Shown: positions 8,607 through 15,588, numbered from the stretch's first letter. The stretch: DNA of 64,000 nt from Oscillospiraceae bacterium (GCA_015067925.1 SVLN01000003.1:36058-100057), one strand, 5' to 3'. Program-made: numbers and translations. Notes: generated from the sequence alone by a model not told the origin.

Positions 8607-8682
8607 TGGCACGCCGGAAGGGACTCGAACCCCCAACCCTCAGAACCGGAATCTGATGCTCTATCCATTGAGCCACCGGCGC
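8607..8682 (-). tRNA. tRNA-Arg (anticodon CCG), CCA encoded
   Basis: A manual cloverleaf fold gives 76 nt. Acceptor GCGCCGG/CCGGCGT, D arm GCTC/GAGC, anticodon stem TCAGA/TCTGA, loop TTCCGGT, T arm GGGGG-TTCGAGT-CCCTT, discriminator G plus CCA. Contains G1.U72 and two G.U pairs in the T stem. Confidence 0.85.
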
Positions 8683-8697
8683 AAATCAGCGTGATTG

Positions 8698-8726
8698 ATT
8701 ATACCAAAATCCGCCGGTAATATCAA
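8698..8726 (-). promoter_or_regulatory. Consensus sigma-A promoter of tRNA-Arg
   Basis: On the minus strand, TTGATA, 17 nt spacer, TATAAT. The -10 ends 15 nt before tRNA position 1. Confidence 0.7.
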
Positions 8727-8829
8727 GACCAAATCCGCAAAAGCCCCCAACAAAGATACGCCTGCATTCGAGGAAAACTGACATTCCATGCATGCTAATA
8801 TAATCATAACAACACAAAGGAGAATTCCC

Positions 8830-9174
8830 ATGACTTATCAGAAGCGCTTTTCTCTGACCGAGAAGAGATTCACCACCGCACAGGCAAATCCCCCTGCCGA
8901 GCATTTTGCCGTGCAGATCACCCTCACCGGCGAAGAGGCCGGCATCTTCTACATTGCCAACACCCAGCGCGGCTTTGAGGTCGCTCCCTATGACTATCAC
9001 GATCACACCGCTCACCTCACCATCAGCGGCGATGACCTGGTGAAGTTCCTGGGCGGCAGACTGAATCTTGAGCGCGCCCTGGAATCTGGCAAGGTTTCCA
9101 TCTCCGGCAATCCCGACCACATCCGCCTGCTGGCGCAGATCGTGGACGCCCCCGCTTCCCGCAGCAAGAAGTAA
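8830..9174 (+). CDS. SCP2 (sterol-carrier-like) domain protein
   Basis: 114 aa. C-terminal ...LVKFLGGRLNLERALESGKVSISGNPDHIRLL matches the SCP2 pattern. ATG 8830 has AAGGAG upstream, so the ORF-track start at 8788 is rejected. Confidence 0.7.
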   Translation: MTYQKRFSLTEKRFTTAQANPPAEHFAVQITLTGEEAGIFYIANTQRGFEVAPYDYHDHTAHLTISGDDLVKFLGGRLNLERALESGKVSISGNPDHIRLLAQIVDAPASRSKK

Positions 9175-9180
9175 ACAGAA

Positions 9181-9208
9181 CGGACCACCTGATGGTGGTC
9201 CGTTTTTT
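9181..9208. terminator. Bidirectional terminator
   Basis: CGGACCACC-tgat-GGTGGTCCG followed by TTTTTT. Lies between convergent genes. Confidence 0.7.
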
Positions 9209-10586
9209 ATTCAATGAGGCCCTTTTGCATTGCCTGAGACAGAACCGATGCCAGTTCTGCACGACTCGCCGCCTGGGCAGGCCTGATATTCCGGTCCGTA
9301 CGGCGCAGCAGATAATTGTCCGTCATCCAGGCAAAAGCGGTCTTTGCATAGGTCGGAATCTCGGAAGCATCCGCGTAGATGCCCAGGTAGGCTGACGAAT
9401 TGGGCTCGCCGGCATACCGCCAGATGATGGTCGCCATTTCCTGCCGGCTCAGAATCGCATGCGGGGCAAAGAGCGTTTGCGACACACCGTAAACCAATCC
9501 CTCTGACGAGGCCCAGGCAACTGCCTCACTATACCAATCATCCGGCTTCACATCCTCAAACGCCGTTCCTGTTTTGACCGCAGGTCTGCCTGCCAGGTTA
9601 TAAAGCACCTGCACGATCATAGCACGGGAAACGGCGACTTCAGGTGAGAATTGACGCTCTGCCGTACCGGTGAAAAGCTTCTTTGATACCGCATAGCGCA
9701 CATGGGGATAATACCATGCCCCAGGAACCAAATCATCATAGGGCAGCAGTTCACCCGTCACCGACACAACACAGCTGGCGCTCTTGCCATGGATTCCCTT
9801 GGCAGTAATCAGTGCAGAGCCTTCGGAAAGCGCAGTGATATTGCCGGACTGGTCCACAACAGCGACCTCCTCGTTGTTGCTGTACCAGAACACCATCGCA
9901 TCGCTGGGCGAGCGGAAAGCAATCACTTTTGCAGTATCTCCCGCTGTAAGGGAAACAACACCCTTACCCAACCGCAGCGACTGAATCTCCGCCAGATTCC
10001 AGGGGTTCCCTTCCGCCGGATCCGTCGGATCCCAGCCGTTGTACATCTGCAACGTGATCTCGTCCACAACCTTGTCCGGTTTGCCCAGGGGACCGGGATC
10101 GTCCGGATCATCATAGATCGTCACAGGCGTTCCGGCGGGACAGTTGTCAAAGATCCATTTGGCGTCCATCGTCTGCAGACGCACACAGCCCATGGAGGCC
10201 GCGTTGCCCAGGTTATTGTAGGCCTCGCGGACCATGGCATCGTGGGAATCATCGGCATAACAGACGGAGTGAAACAGAAAGTTTCCGTAAAAACAGGTAG
10301 CGTATTGTCCGTATGTACCGTCCAGCATCAGCCGCCATTCCGAGCGGTAGTCAATCAGGTAGAAGGTACCCAACGGCGTTTCGCAGCCTTCTCTGCCTGT
10401 GGAGCAGATCATCGCTTTGATCGGCTTGGTATACTGTCCGTTCTCGTCCGATTCATAAATCGTAACGGTATTGCATGCGCGATTGACTTTAATGGCATAA
10501 GGCTGCCGGGTATTCTTGGCAGCGGAAACCATACCGGTCAGCATGGCAAGAATCAACAAGAAAGAGAACAGGCGTCGTTTTTTCAT
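9207..10586 (-). CDS. Secreted L,D-transpeptidase (YkuD) with Big_2-like and three SLH domains
   Basis: Signal peptide MKKRRLFSFLLILAMLTGMVSA. YkuD catalytic region FHSV...ASMGCVRL. An Ig-like Big_2 segment. Three SLH-like repeats at the C-terminus. GGAGG lies 7 nt upstream of ATG 10586. Confidence 0.85.
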   Translation of the reverse strand: MKKRRLFSFLLILAMLTGMVSAAKNTRQPYAIKVNRACNTVTIYESDENGQYTKPIKAMICSTGREGCETPLGTFYLIDYRSEWRLMLDGTYGQYATCFYGNFLFHSVCYADDSHDAMVREAYNNLGNAASMGCVRLQTMDAKWIFDNCPAGTPVTIYDDPDDPGPLGKPDKVVDEITLQMYNGWDPTDPAEGNPWNLAEIQSLRLGKGVVSLTAGDTAKVIAFRSPSDAMVFWYSNNEEVAVVDQSGNITALSEGSALITAKGIHGKSASCVVSVTGELLPYDDLVPGAWYYPHVRYAVSKKLFTGTAERQFSPEVAVSRAMIVQVLYNLAGRPAVKTGTAFEDVKPDDWYSEAVAWASSEGLVYGVSQTLFAPHAILSRQEMATIIWRYAGEPNSSAYLGIYADASEIPTYAKTAFAWMTDNYLLRRTDRNIRPAQAASRAELASVLSQAMQKGLIE

Positions 10587-10615
10587 GGCCCTTCCTCCAG
10601 AATAGTCATGCAATC

Positions 10616-10644
10616 ATTATACACCAGCACGCCGCATAGTGCAA
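10616..10644 (-). promoter_or_regulatory. Sigma-A type promoter for the L,D-transpeptidase gene
   Basis: On the minus strand, TTGCAC, 17 nt spacer, TATAAT, preceded by TGgTG. Confidence 0.5.
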
Positions 10645-10671
10645 GATACCAGGTTTTTCCATGATTTTGCA

Positions 10672-10707
10672 AAAAAAGCGCTGCAGAGTGATCTGCAGCG
10701 CTTTTTT
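10672..10707 (-). terminator. Rho-independent terminator of the lysis cassette
   Basis: On the minus strand, AAAAAAGCGCTGCAGA-tcac-TCTGCAGCGCTTTTTTT, directly after the endolysin stop codon. Confidence 0.75.
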
Positions 10708-10711
10708 CTTA

Positions 10712-11344
10712 TTATTTGTTTTCTTTGAACAGCGCGTGGAGAATCACAGCAACCGCTTCCCGGGTAATGGGTGCCTGCCACCCATAATTTCCCTGACCAT
10801 CGCCATTGAAGATTCCGTTCTTCTTCGCCCATTCTGTAGCTTCTTTTGCCCAGGACGAGGGCGAATCGCCGGTGCCTTCTACACGCATCAATTCTTCTTT
10901 GGTCATCTCCAACTCATCTCCCATTGGCGTCAGATACAGCTTTCGTTCCTCCATCCGTCTGCGCAGCAAACCTTCGCGGTAGGCTTCCGAGGATGAAGCG
11001 GTGTAGGCTGTGATGTGCTCCGGAATCTGTTCGGCCGTTCTTCCGGAAACTAGCTGCTGCAGGCTTCCCGGCCCGCAATTGTAGGTAAAGCATACCAGAG
11101 CATCGAATTGATTCTGGTTCAGAGAAAAAGGCGTATACTGCGTAACCCAGGCTTCAAACTGTGTTAAATCCTTTCGGAGCAGCTGCTCTGCCTCATCCCG
11201 GGAGATCCTCATATCCGGTGCGACATCCTGCCCGTAGTGGCCATATCCGATGGTGTAGAATGCCTCTGACGGCAGTCGATATGCCTGCAGCAGGAGCCCT
11301 TCAAACCGTTTGATCAGTGCAATACCCTTTTCACTGGTTTTCAT
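10712..11344 (-). CDS. Phage-type lysozyme (GH24-like endolysin) with C-terminal SLH-like wall-binding repeat
   Basis: N-terminus SEKGIALIKRFEGLLLQAYRLPSEAFYTIGYGHYG (T4/lambda lysozyme family pattern). C-terminus SSWAKEATEWAKKNGIFNGDG...ITREAVAVILHALF is SLH-like. AGGAGAAGGAGA precedes ATG 11344. Confidence 0.8.
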   Translation of the reverse strand: MKTSEKGIALIKRFEGLLLQAYRLPSEAFYTIGYGHYGQDVAPDMRISRDEAEQLLRKDLTQFEAWVTQYTPFSLNQNQFDALVCFTYNCGPGSLQQLVSGRTAEQIPEHITAYTASSSEAYREGLLRRRMEERKLYLTPMGDELEMTKEELMRVEGTGDSPSSWAKEATEWAKKNGIFNGDGQGNYGWQAPITREAVAVILHALFKENK

Positions 11345-11582
11345 TCTCCTTCTCCTTTTCCTGTTTGAGAAGAGCCTGCAGCTTCTCGTTGCGTGCACAG
11401 ATATCGATTTTTCCCTCTGTTACAATGTATGTAACAAGGCTCACCAAAGTCACAACCGCACCACAGGCTGTGTTTGCAGTTTCTTCGTCCAGCCCAAAAA
11501 TCAATGCCAGGCCTGTGATTGTTCCAAGGATTGCGGCCCAGAGCTTTCTGCTGGCCAGCTTATTGAGAATTCTTTTCATCAT
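11331..11582 (-). CDS. Putative phage holin (two TM segments)
   Basis: 83 aa with two hydrophobic segments and a charged KE-rich tail. It overlaps the endolysin start by 14 nt, the classic holin-endolysin arrangement. Confidence 0.6.
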   Translation of the reverse strand: MMKRILNKLASRKLWAAILGTITGLALIFGLDEETANTACGAVVTLVSLVTYIVTEGKIDICARNEKLQALLKQEKEKENENQ

Positions 11583-11592
11583 ACGTTTCCTT

Positions 11593-11904
11593 TCACGTTC
11601 CAAGCAAACCGGACAGCATCGCTGTCAGCACCGCCCCCAGGCCCGTTGCAGCCACGCCGAAGGCCACACGCTCAATCATCTTATCCCAGTTTTTTCCGGG
11701 ACGCGCCTTGAGTTCTGCAATGCTTGCTTCAATCTGATGGATGGTCTGCGTCTGCATCTGCTGCTCGTGGGCCATGACAGCCACCGCTTCTGTGAGCTTA
11801 TGCAGCAGCTGCATCGAGTCCTCCAGCTTATCGATTCGATGGCCGTTGGATTTGCTGCGGCTTTCCACCTCCGTCAGCTTGATTACCATTTCATCCGTTG
11901 TCAT
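11593..11904 (-). CDS. XhlA-like (haemolysin XhlA family) lysis accessory protein
   Basis: 103 aa. N-terminal coiled-coil-like region and a single C-terminal TM (VAFGVAATGLGAVLTAMLSGLL). It sits immediately upstream of the holin, as in B. subtilis PBSX xhlA-xhlB-xlyA. Confidence 0.6.
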   Translation of the reverse strand: MTTDEMVIKLTEVESRSKSNGHRIDKLEDSMQLLHKLTEAVAVMAHEQQMQTQTIHQIEASIAELKARPGKNWDKMIERVAFGVAATGLGAVLTAMLSGLLGT

Positions 11905-11943
11905 TTGCTTCTGCTTCCATCCGGGTCATCCCTTTGACTGCCA

Positions 11944-12516
11944 TTATTTCACGCCCCAGACAGTGACCTGCACACCGGCCGGAACATAGTTCACACAGTA
12001 CAGATCCAGGGTGTTGACCTGAGCCAAGGTGATATTGGAGTTCCAGCCATGGTAGCTGCGGCCGCCGATCTGCGAGCGGCACTCCACAGAAACGCAGCCG
12101 GTCTCATGGCAGTCAGAAAAGAACGTGACTCTGCCGCGGAATCCAAGGATATCGCCCAGGCCGTTGCAGTAGGTTGTCATTACCGTCGGGTTCGTGGGCG
12201 GAACCATGTGGCTTCCGTAGTTTTCATCCGGCATGGATCGATCCTGATTGATGTACACCGTGGCAGGACTCTGACTCAGGCTGTCGTACCAAAACTCTAC
12301 CACAACTTCGTGATAATCCTTCCAGGGAACATTGGACAAATCGATGCTGACCATCGCTGCCTGCTGGGAAGTGACGAAGGTGGAAAGAGGCTTGTACACC
12401 AGATTCTGGTGCAGATGTTCCTCCAAAACTGAGAAATTGTGATTCATTTCCTCTCGGCTGACGGGGTCTGTTCCTTCCCATTGATACAGACCGTAGTGGG
12501 GTGATCTGGTTGACAT
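11944..12516 (-). CDS. Hypothetical phage-associated protein (positional analogue of PBSX XepA; function unknown)
   Basis: 190 aa. Strong ribosome-binding site, AGGAGG 8 nt upstream. No family recognised by eye. The N-terminus YGLYQWEGTDPVSREEMNHNFSVLEEHL is reminiscent of phage fibre or baseplate N-termini. Confidence 0.5.
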   Translation of the reverse strand: MSTRSPHYGLYQWEGTDPVSREEMNHNFSVLEEHLHQNLVYKPLSTFVTSQQAAMVSIDLSNVPWKDYHEVVVEFWYDSLSQSPATVYINQDRSMPDENYGSHMVPPTNPTVMTTYCNGLGDILGFRGRVTFFSDCHETGCVSVECRSQIGGRSYHGWNSNITLAQVNTLDLYCVNYVPAGVQVTVWGVK

Positions 12517-12714
12517 GTTTTGTTCCTCCTAAACAATGATAACAAACAGAAGTTCGTTTCATAAATAGGCGTAAAACGGCCGATTGTTGCCTATAAAAAG
12601 GCAACAAGGTGCAATTATTTGATTATTTGAATCGAAGACTCCTGCTGCCTCTCCATAGTCGATTTGCACAATTCCCAGCATCTGTTTTTGTACATTATCA
12701 CCAGTTGCATTTGG

Positions 12715-12743
12715 TTGACATCATTAACAAGTCATAGTAAAAT
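12715..12743 (+). promoter_or_regulatory. Near-consensus sigma-A promoter of the duplicated alpha/beta operon
   Basis: TTGACA, 17 nt spacer, TAAAAT. A homologous promoter precedes the third paralogue at 18978-19007. Confidence 0.6.
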
Positions 12744-12790
12744 ATATATGCAAACTATTTGTGAGTTTTTTATTCAACGCACTTACAAGA

Positions 12791-13675
12791 ATGGAGGTCA
12801 TACAATTGGCTAAAACCCAGAAACCCGGTATCCATCGTGGTGTATCCACCTACTGCTGGTACCCGCTGTACAACGTAAACATGGACCTGGAAGACAGCTT
12901 CCAGATCATGCAGGACATGGGCGCCACCGGCCTGGAAATCCTGGCTGACGGCATCATCGACGGCTATCCGTACCCCTCCAACGAGTGGCTGAACAAGTGG
13001 TTCGCCCTTGTTGACAAGTACGATATCGTTCCCGTCGAGTACGGTCATTGGGTTGAGTCCCGTCTGTACAGAGGCCGCGAGTGCACGCTGGAAGAGTCCC
13101 TGGAGCAGCTGATCCACGACATCAAGCTGGCTTCCTTCCTGGGCTTCACCTGCATGCGCACCAAGCTCGGCGTTATCGACGAGACCCTGTCCCCCGTCAA
13201 GAACTGGCGTGAGATCATCAAGGCTGCTCTTCCCTATGCTGAAAAGTATAATGTTATCATGCAGCCCGAGATCCACTCTCCCACCAAGCTGAAGAGCCCG
13301 ATGATGGACGACTACTGCGAGTTCATCGACAAGGAGCAGACCAAGCACTTCGGCTTCAACATCGACTTCGGCGTCTTCCAGACCAAGGGTGTCGACGGCA
13401 TGCCCAGCTTCCGTAAGTTCGATCCTTCCGCTCCGGAAGACATCGTTCCCCTGCTGCCCTATGTGTACTGCTGCCATGCCAAGTACTACAACATGTCCGA
13501 GGACTTCGAGGAGACCACCATCCCCTATCGTGAAGTCATTCAGCTCATGAAGGACAACAACTGGAACGGCTATCTGCTCTCTGAGTACGAAGGCCCCCAC
13601 AAGGAAAACATCTATCACTGCATGACTCAGGTGCATCGTCACCATGTCATGCTCAAGAACATTCTTGGCGAATAA
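12791..13675 (+). CDS. Xylose-isomerase-like TIM-barrel protein; putative alpha subunit of a C-glycoside-deglycosidase-like lyase (copy 1)
   Basis: 294 aa. Candidate metal-ligand pattern MQPEIHSP, NIDFGVF, CCHAKYY, LLSEYEGP. The alternative TTG start at 12806 has the better SD (GGAGG-N8-TTG). The ORF-track start at 12761 has no SD. Confidence 0.6.
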   Translation: MEVIQLAKTQKPGIHRGVSTYCWYPLYNVNMDLEDSFQIMQDMGATGLEILADGIIDGYPYPSNEWLNKWFALVDKYDIVPVEYGHWVESRLYRGRECTLEESLEQLIHDIKLASFLGFTCMRTKLGVIDETLSPVKNWREIIKAALPYAEKYNVIMQPEIHSPTKLKSPMMDDYCEFIDKEQTKHFGFNIDFGVFQTKGVDGMPSFRKFDPSAPEDIVPLLPYVYCCHAKYYNMSEDFEETTIPYREVIQLMKDNNWNGYLLSEYEGPHKENIYHCMTQVHRHHVMLKNILGE

Positions 13676-13689
13676 GGAGGGTAACGAAC

Positions 13690-14124
13690 ATGTTGGAAAT
13701 GGAAGCCCTGCAGTACAAGGGATTTCGTAATCTGTATAATGACGCCGGCGAAGCCATCGGTTTCCAGGTTGGCATCCGTTTTGTTGCCTACCGCGGTCCC
13801 TGGCTGAGCCAGTTCCGCTTCGACAACGTCACCGTCGACGGTGAGCGTTTCGGCGCTGACAAGTGCACCTTCGTCATCTCCGGTGTTGAGTACACCTACG
13901 ATGAGATGCTGAAGCTCGGCCGCGTGAAGTGGCCCCTGAAGGAAGCCATCATGATCCGTGTGCAGAAGCCCGGCGGCCTGGCCCAGGGCAATCACACCGT
14001 TTCTGCCCTGTATAAGGAAGTCGCTTCCTACGTCCCCGCCCGTATGGACGAGATCGATCCCGACCGCCCTGCGTTCGGTCACTCCGAAGCCACTGGCTTT
14101 ACCCGCGATTTCATCATCGTCTGA
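13690..14124 (+). CDS. DUF6379-like small protein; putative beta subunit of the deglycosidase-like complex (copy 1)
   Basis: 144 aa. AAGGAGGG lies 8 nt upstream and the gene starts 14 nt after the alpha stop. Pattern GFQVGIRFVAYRGPWLSQFRFDNVTVDGERF...KPGGLAQGNHTV matches my recollection of DUF6379/CarC/DgpB. Confidence 0.55.
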   Translation: MLEMEALQYKGFRNLYNDAGEAIGFQVGIRFVAYRGPWLSQFRFDNVTVDGERFGADKCTFVISGVEYTYDEMLKLGRVKWPLKEAIMIRVQKPGGLAQGNHTVSALYKEVASYVPARMDEIDPDRPAFGHSEATGFTRDFIIV

Positions 14125-14141
14125 TTTTCATAAAAACAAAC

Positions 14142-14170
14142 GTGCGGCACTGAGTCTCTCAGTGCCGCAC
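14142..14170 (+). other. Perfect 13-bp stem/3-nt loop hairpin at the duplication junction (no T tract)
   Basis: GTGCGGCACTGAG-tct-CTCAGTGCCGCAC, ending 7 nt before the copy-2 ATG and followed by aataagaATGGAGG. Confidence 0.7.
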
Positions 14171-14177
14171 AATAAGA

Positions 14178-15062
14178 ATGGAGGTTATCCAATTGGCTAA
14201 AACCCAGAAACCCGGTATCCATCGTGGTGTATCCACCTACTGCTGGTACCCGCTGTACAACGTAAACATGGACCTGGAAGACAGCTTCCAGATCATGCAG
14301 GACATGGGCGCCACCGGCCTGGAAATCCTGGCTGACGGCATCATCGACGGCTATCCGTATCCCTCTAACGAGTGGCTGGACAAGTGGTTTGCTCTGATCG
14401 ATCGTTACGACATCGTCCCCGTCGAGTACGGTCATTGGGTTGAGTCCCGTCTGTACAGAGGCCGTGAGTGCACGCTGGAAGAGTCCCTGGAGCAGCTGAT
14501 TCACGACATCAAGCTGGCCGGCTACCTCGGCTTCACCTGCATGCGTACCAAGCTCGGCGTTATCGATGAGACCCTGTCTCCCGTCAAGAACTGGCGCGAG
14601 ATCATCAAGGCTGCCCTGCCTTATGCCGAGAAGTACAACGTCGTAATGCAGCCCGAGATTCACTCTCCCACCAAGCTGAAGAGCCCGATGATGGACGACT
14701 ACTGCGAGTTCATCGACAAGGAGCAGACCAAGCACTTCGGCTTCAACATCGACTTCGGCGTGTTCCAGAACAAGAGCCTGGACGGCACTCCTCGTACCGG
14801 CCTGTTTGGTCCCTCCGCTCCGGAAGACATCGTTCCCCTGCTGCCCTACGTGCACTGCTGCCATGCCAAGTACTACAACATGTCTGAAGACTTCGACGAG
14901 ACCACCATCCCCTACCGTGAAGTCATCAAGCTGATGCAGGACAACGGCTGGAACGGCTATCTGCTCTCTGAGTACGAAGGCCCCCACAAGGAAAACATCT
15001 ATCACTGCATGACTCAGGTGCATCGTCACCATGTTATGCTCAAGAACATTCTTGGCGAATAA
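14178..15062 (+). CDS. Xylose-isomerase-like TIM-barrel protein; putative alpha subunit (copy 2)
   Basis: 294 aa. By my count it differs from copy 1 at 20 of 294 residues, 9 of them in one 15-residue loop. Confidence 0.6.
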   Translation: MEVIQLAKTQKPGIHRGVSTYCWYPLYNVNMDLEDSFQIMQDMGATGLEILADGIIDGYPYPSNEWLDKWFALIDRYDIVPVEYGHWVESRLYRGRECTLEESLEQLIHDIKLAGYLGFTCMRTKLGVIDETLSPVKNWREIIKAALPYAEKYNVVMQPEIHSPTKLKSPMMDDYCEFIDKEQTKHFGFNIDFGVFQNKSLDGTPRTGLFGPSAPEDIVPLLPYVHCCHAKYYNMSEDFDETTIPYREVIKLMQDNGWNGYLLSEYEGPHKENIYHCMTQVHRHHVMLKNILGE

Positions 15063-15076
15063 GGAGGGTAACAAAC

Positions 15077-15511
15077 ATGTTGGAAATGGAAGCCCTGCAG
15101 TACAAGGGATTTCGTAATCTGTATAATGACGCCGGCGAAGCCATCGGTTTCCAGGTTGGCATCCGTTTTGTTGCCTACCGTGGTCCCTGGCTGAGCCAGT
15201 TCCGCTTCGACAACGTCACCGTCGACGGTGAGCGTTTCGGCGCTGACAAGTGCACCTTCGTCATCTCCGGTGTTGAGTACACCTATGATGAGATGCTGAA
15301 GCTCGGCCGCGTGAAGTGGCCCCTGAAGGAAGCCATCATGATCCGTGTGCAGAAGCCCGGCGGCCTGGCCCAGGGTAATCACACCGTTTCTGCCCTGTAT
15401 AAGGAAGTTGCTTCCTACGTCCCCGCCCGTATGGATGAGATCGATCCCGATCGTCCTCCCATGGGCCATTCCGAAGCCACCGGCTTCACTCGCGATTTCA
15501 TCATCGTCTGA
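15077..15511 (+). CDS. DUF6379-like small protein; putative beta subunit (copy 2)
   Basis: 144 aa. Differs from copy 1 at 2 residues (AF to PM near the C-terminus). Same ribosome-binding site. Confidence 0.55.
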   Translation: MLEMEALQYKGFRNLYNDAGEAIGFQVGIRFVAYRGPWLSQFRFDNVTVDGERFGADKCTFVISGVEYTYDEMLKLGRVKWPLKEAIMIRVQKPGGLAQGNHTVSALYKEVASYVPARMDEIDPDRPPMGHSEATGFTRDFIIV

Positions 15512-15519
15512 TATCTTAA

Positions 15520-15556
15520 AAGCGGTGCAGTCAAACGACTGCACCGCTTCTTTTTT
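15520..15556 (+). terminator. Rho-independent terminator of the duplicated operon
   Basis: AAGCGGTGCAGTC-aaac-GACTGCACCGCTT followed by CTTTTTT. Confidence 0.8.
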
Positions 15557-15560
15557 AGGC

Positions 15561-15588
15561 AAAAAGCGCCCCAATTGGGGCGCTTTTC
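15561..15588 (-). terminator. Rho-independent terminator of the flavodiiron gene
   Basis: On the minus strand, AAAGCGCCCC-aatt-GGGGCGCTTTTT. Confidence 0.7.

Larger units (their letters stand above)
10712..12516 (-). mobile_element. Prophage-derived four-gene late/lysis cassette with no other phage genes nearby
   Basis: Tightly packed genes for an unknown protein, XhlA-like protein, holin and GH24 endolysin, with their own terminator. No integrase, capsid, tail or terminase genes in the window. Confidence 0.6.
12777..15514. repeat. Tandem duplication of a two-gene unit (2 copies, period 1,387 bp)
   Basis: The start and stop codons of both genes in copy 2 are each offset by exactly 1,387 bp from copy 1. 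There are long stretches of identical nucleotides. A unique 39-nt junction (14128-14166) carries a hairpin. Confidence 0.95.

Noticed and set aside
12748-12813. A 21-codon upstream ORF (MQTICEFFIQRTYKNGGHTIG) starting near the predicted transcription start of the alpha/beta operon.
   Set aside because: It has no SD, and the homologous leader of copy 3 has no ATG there, so it is probably fortuitous.
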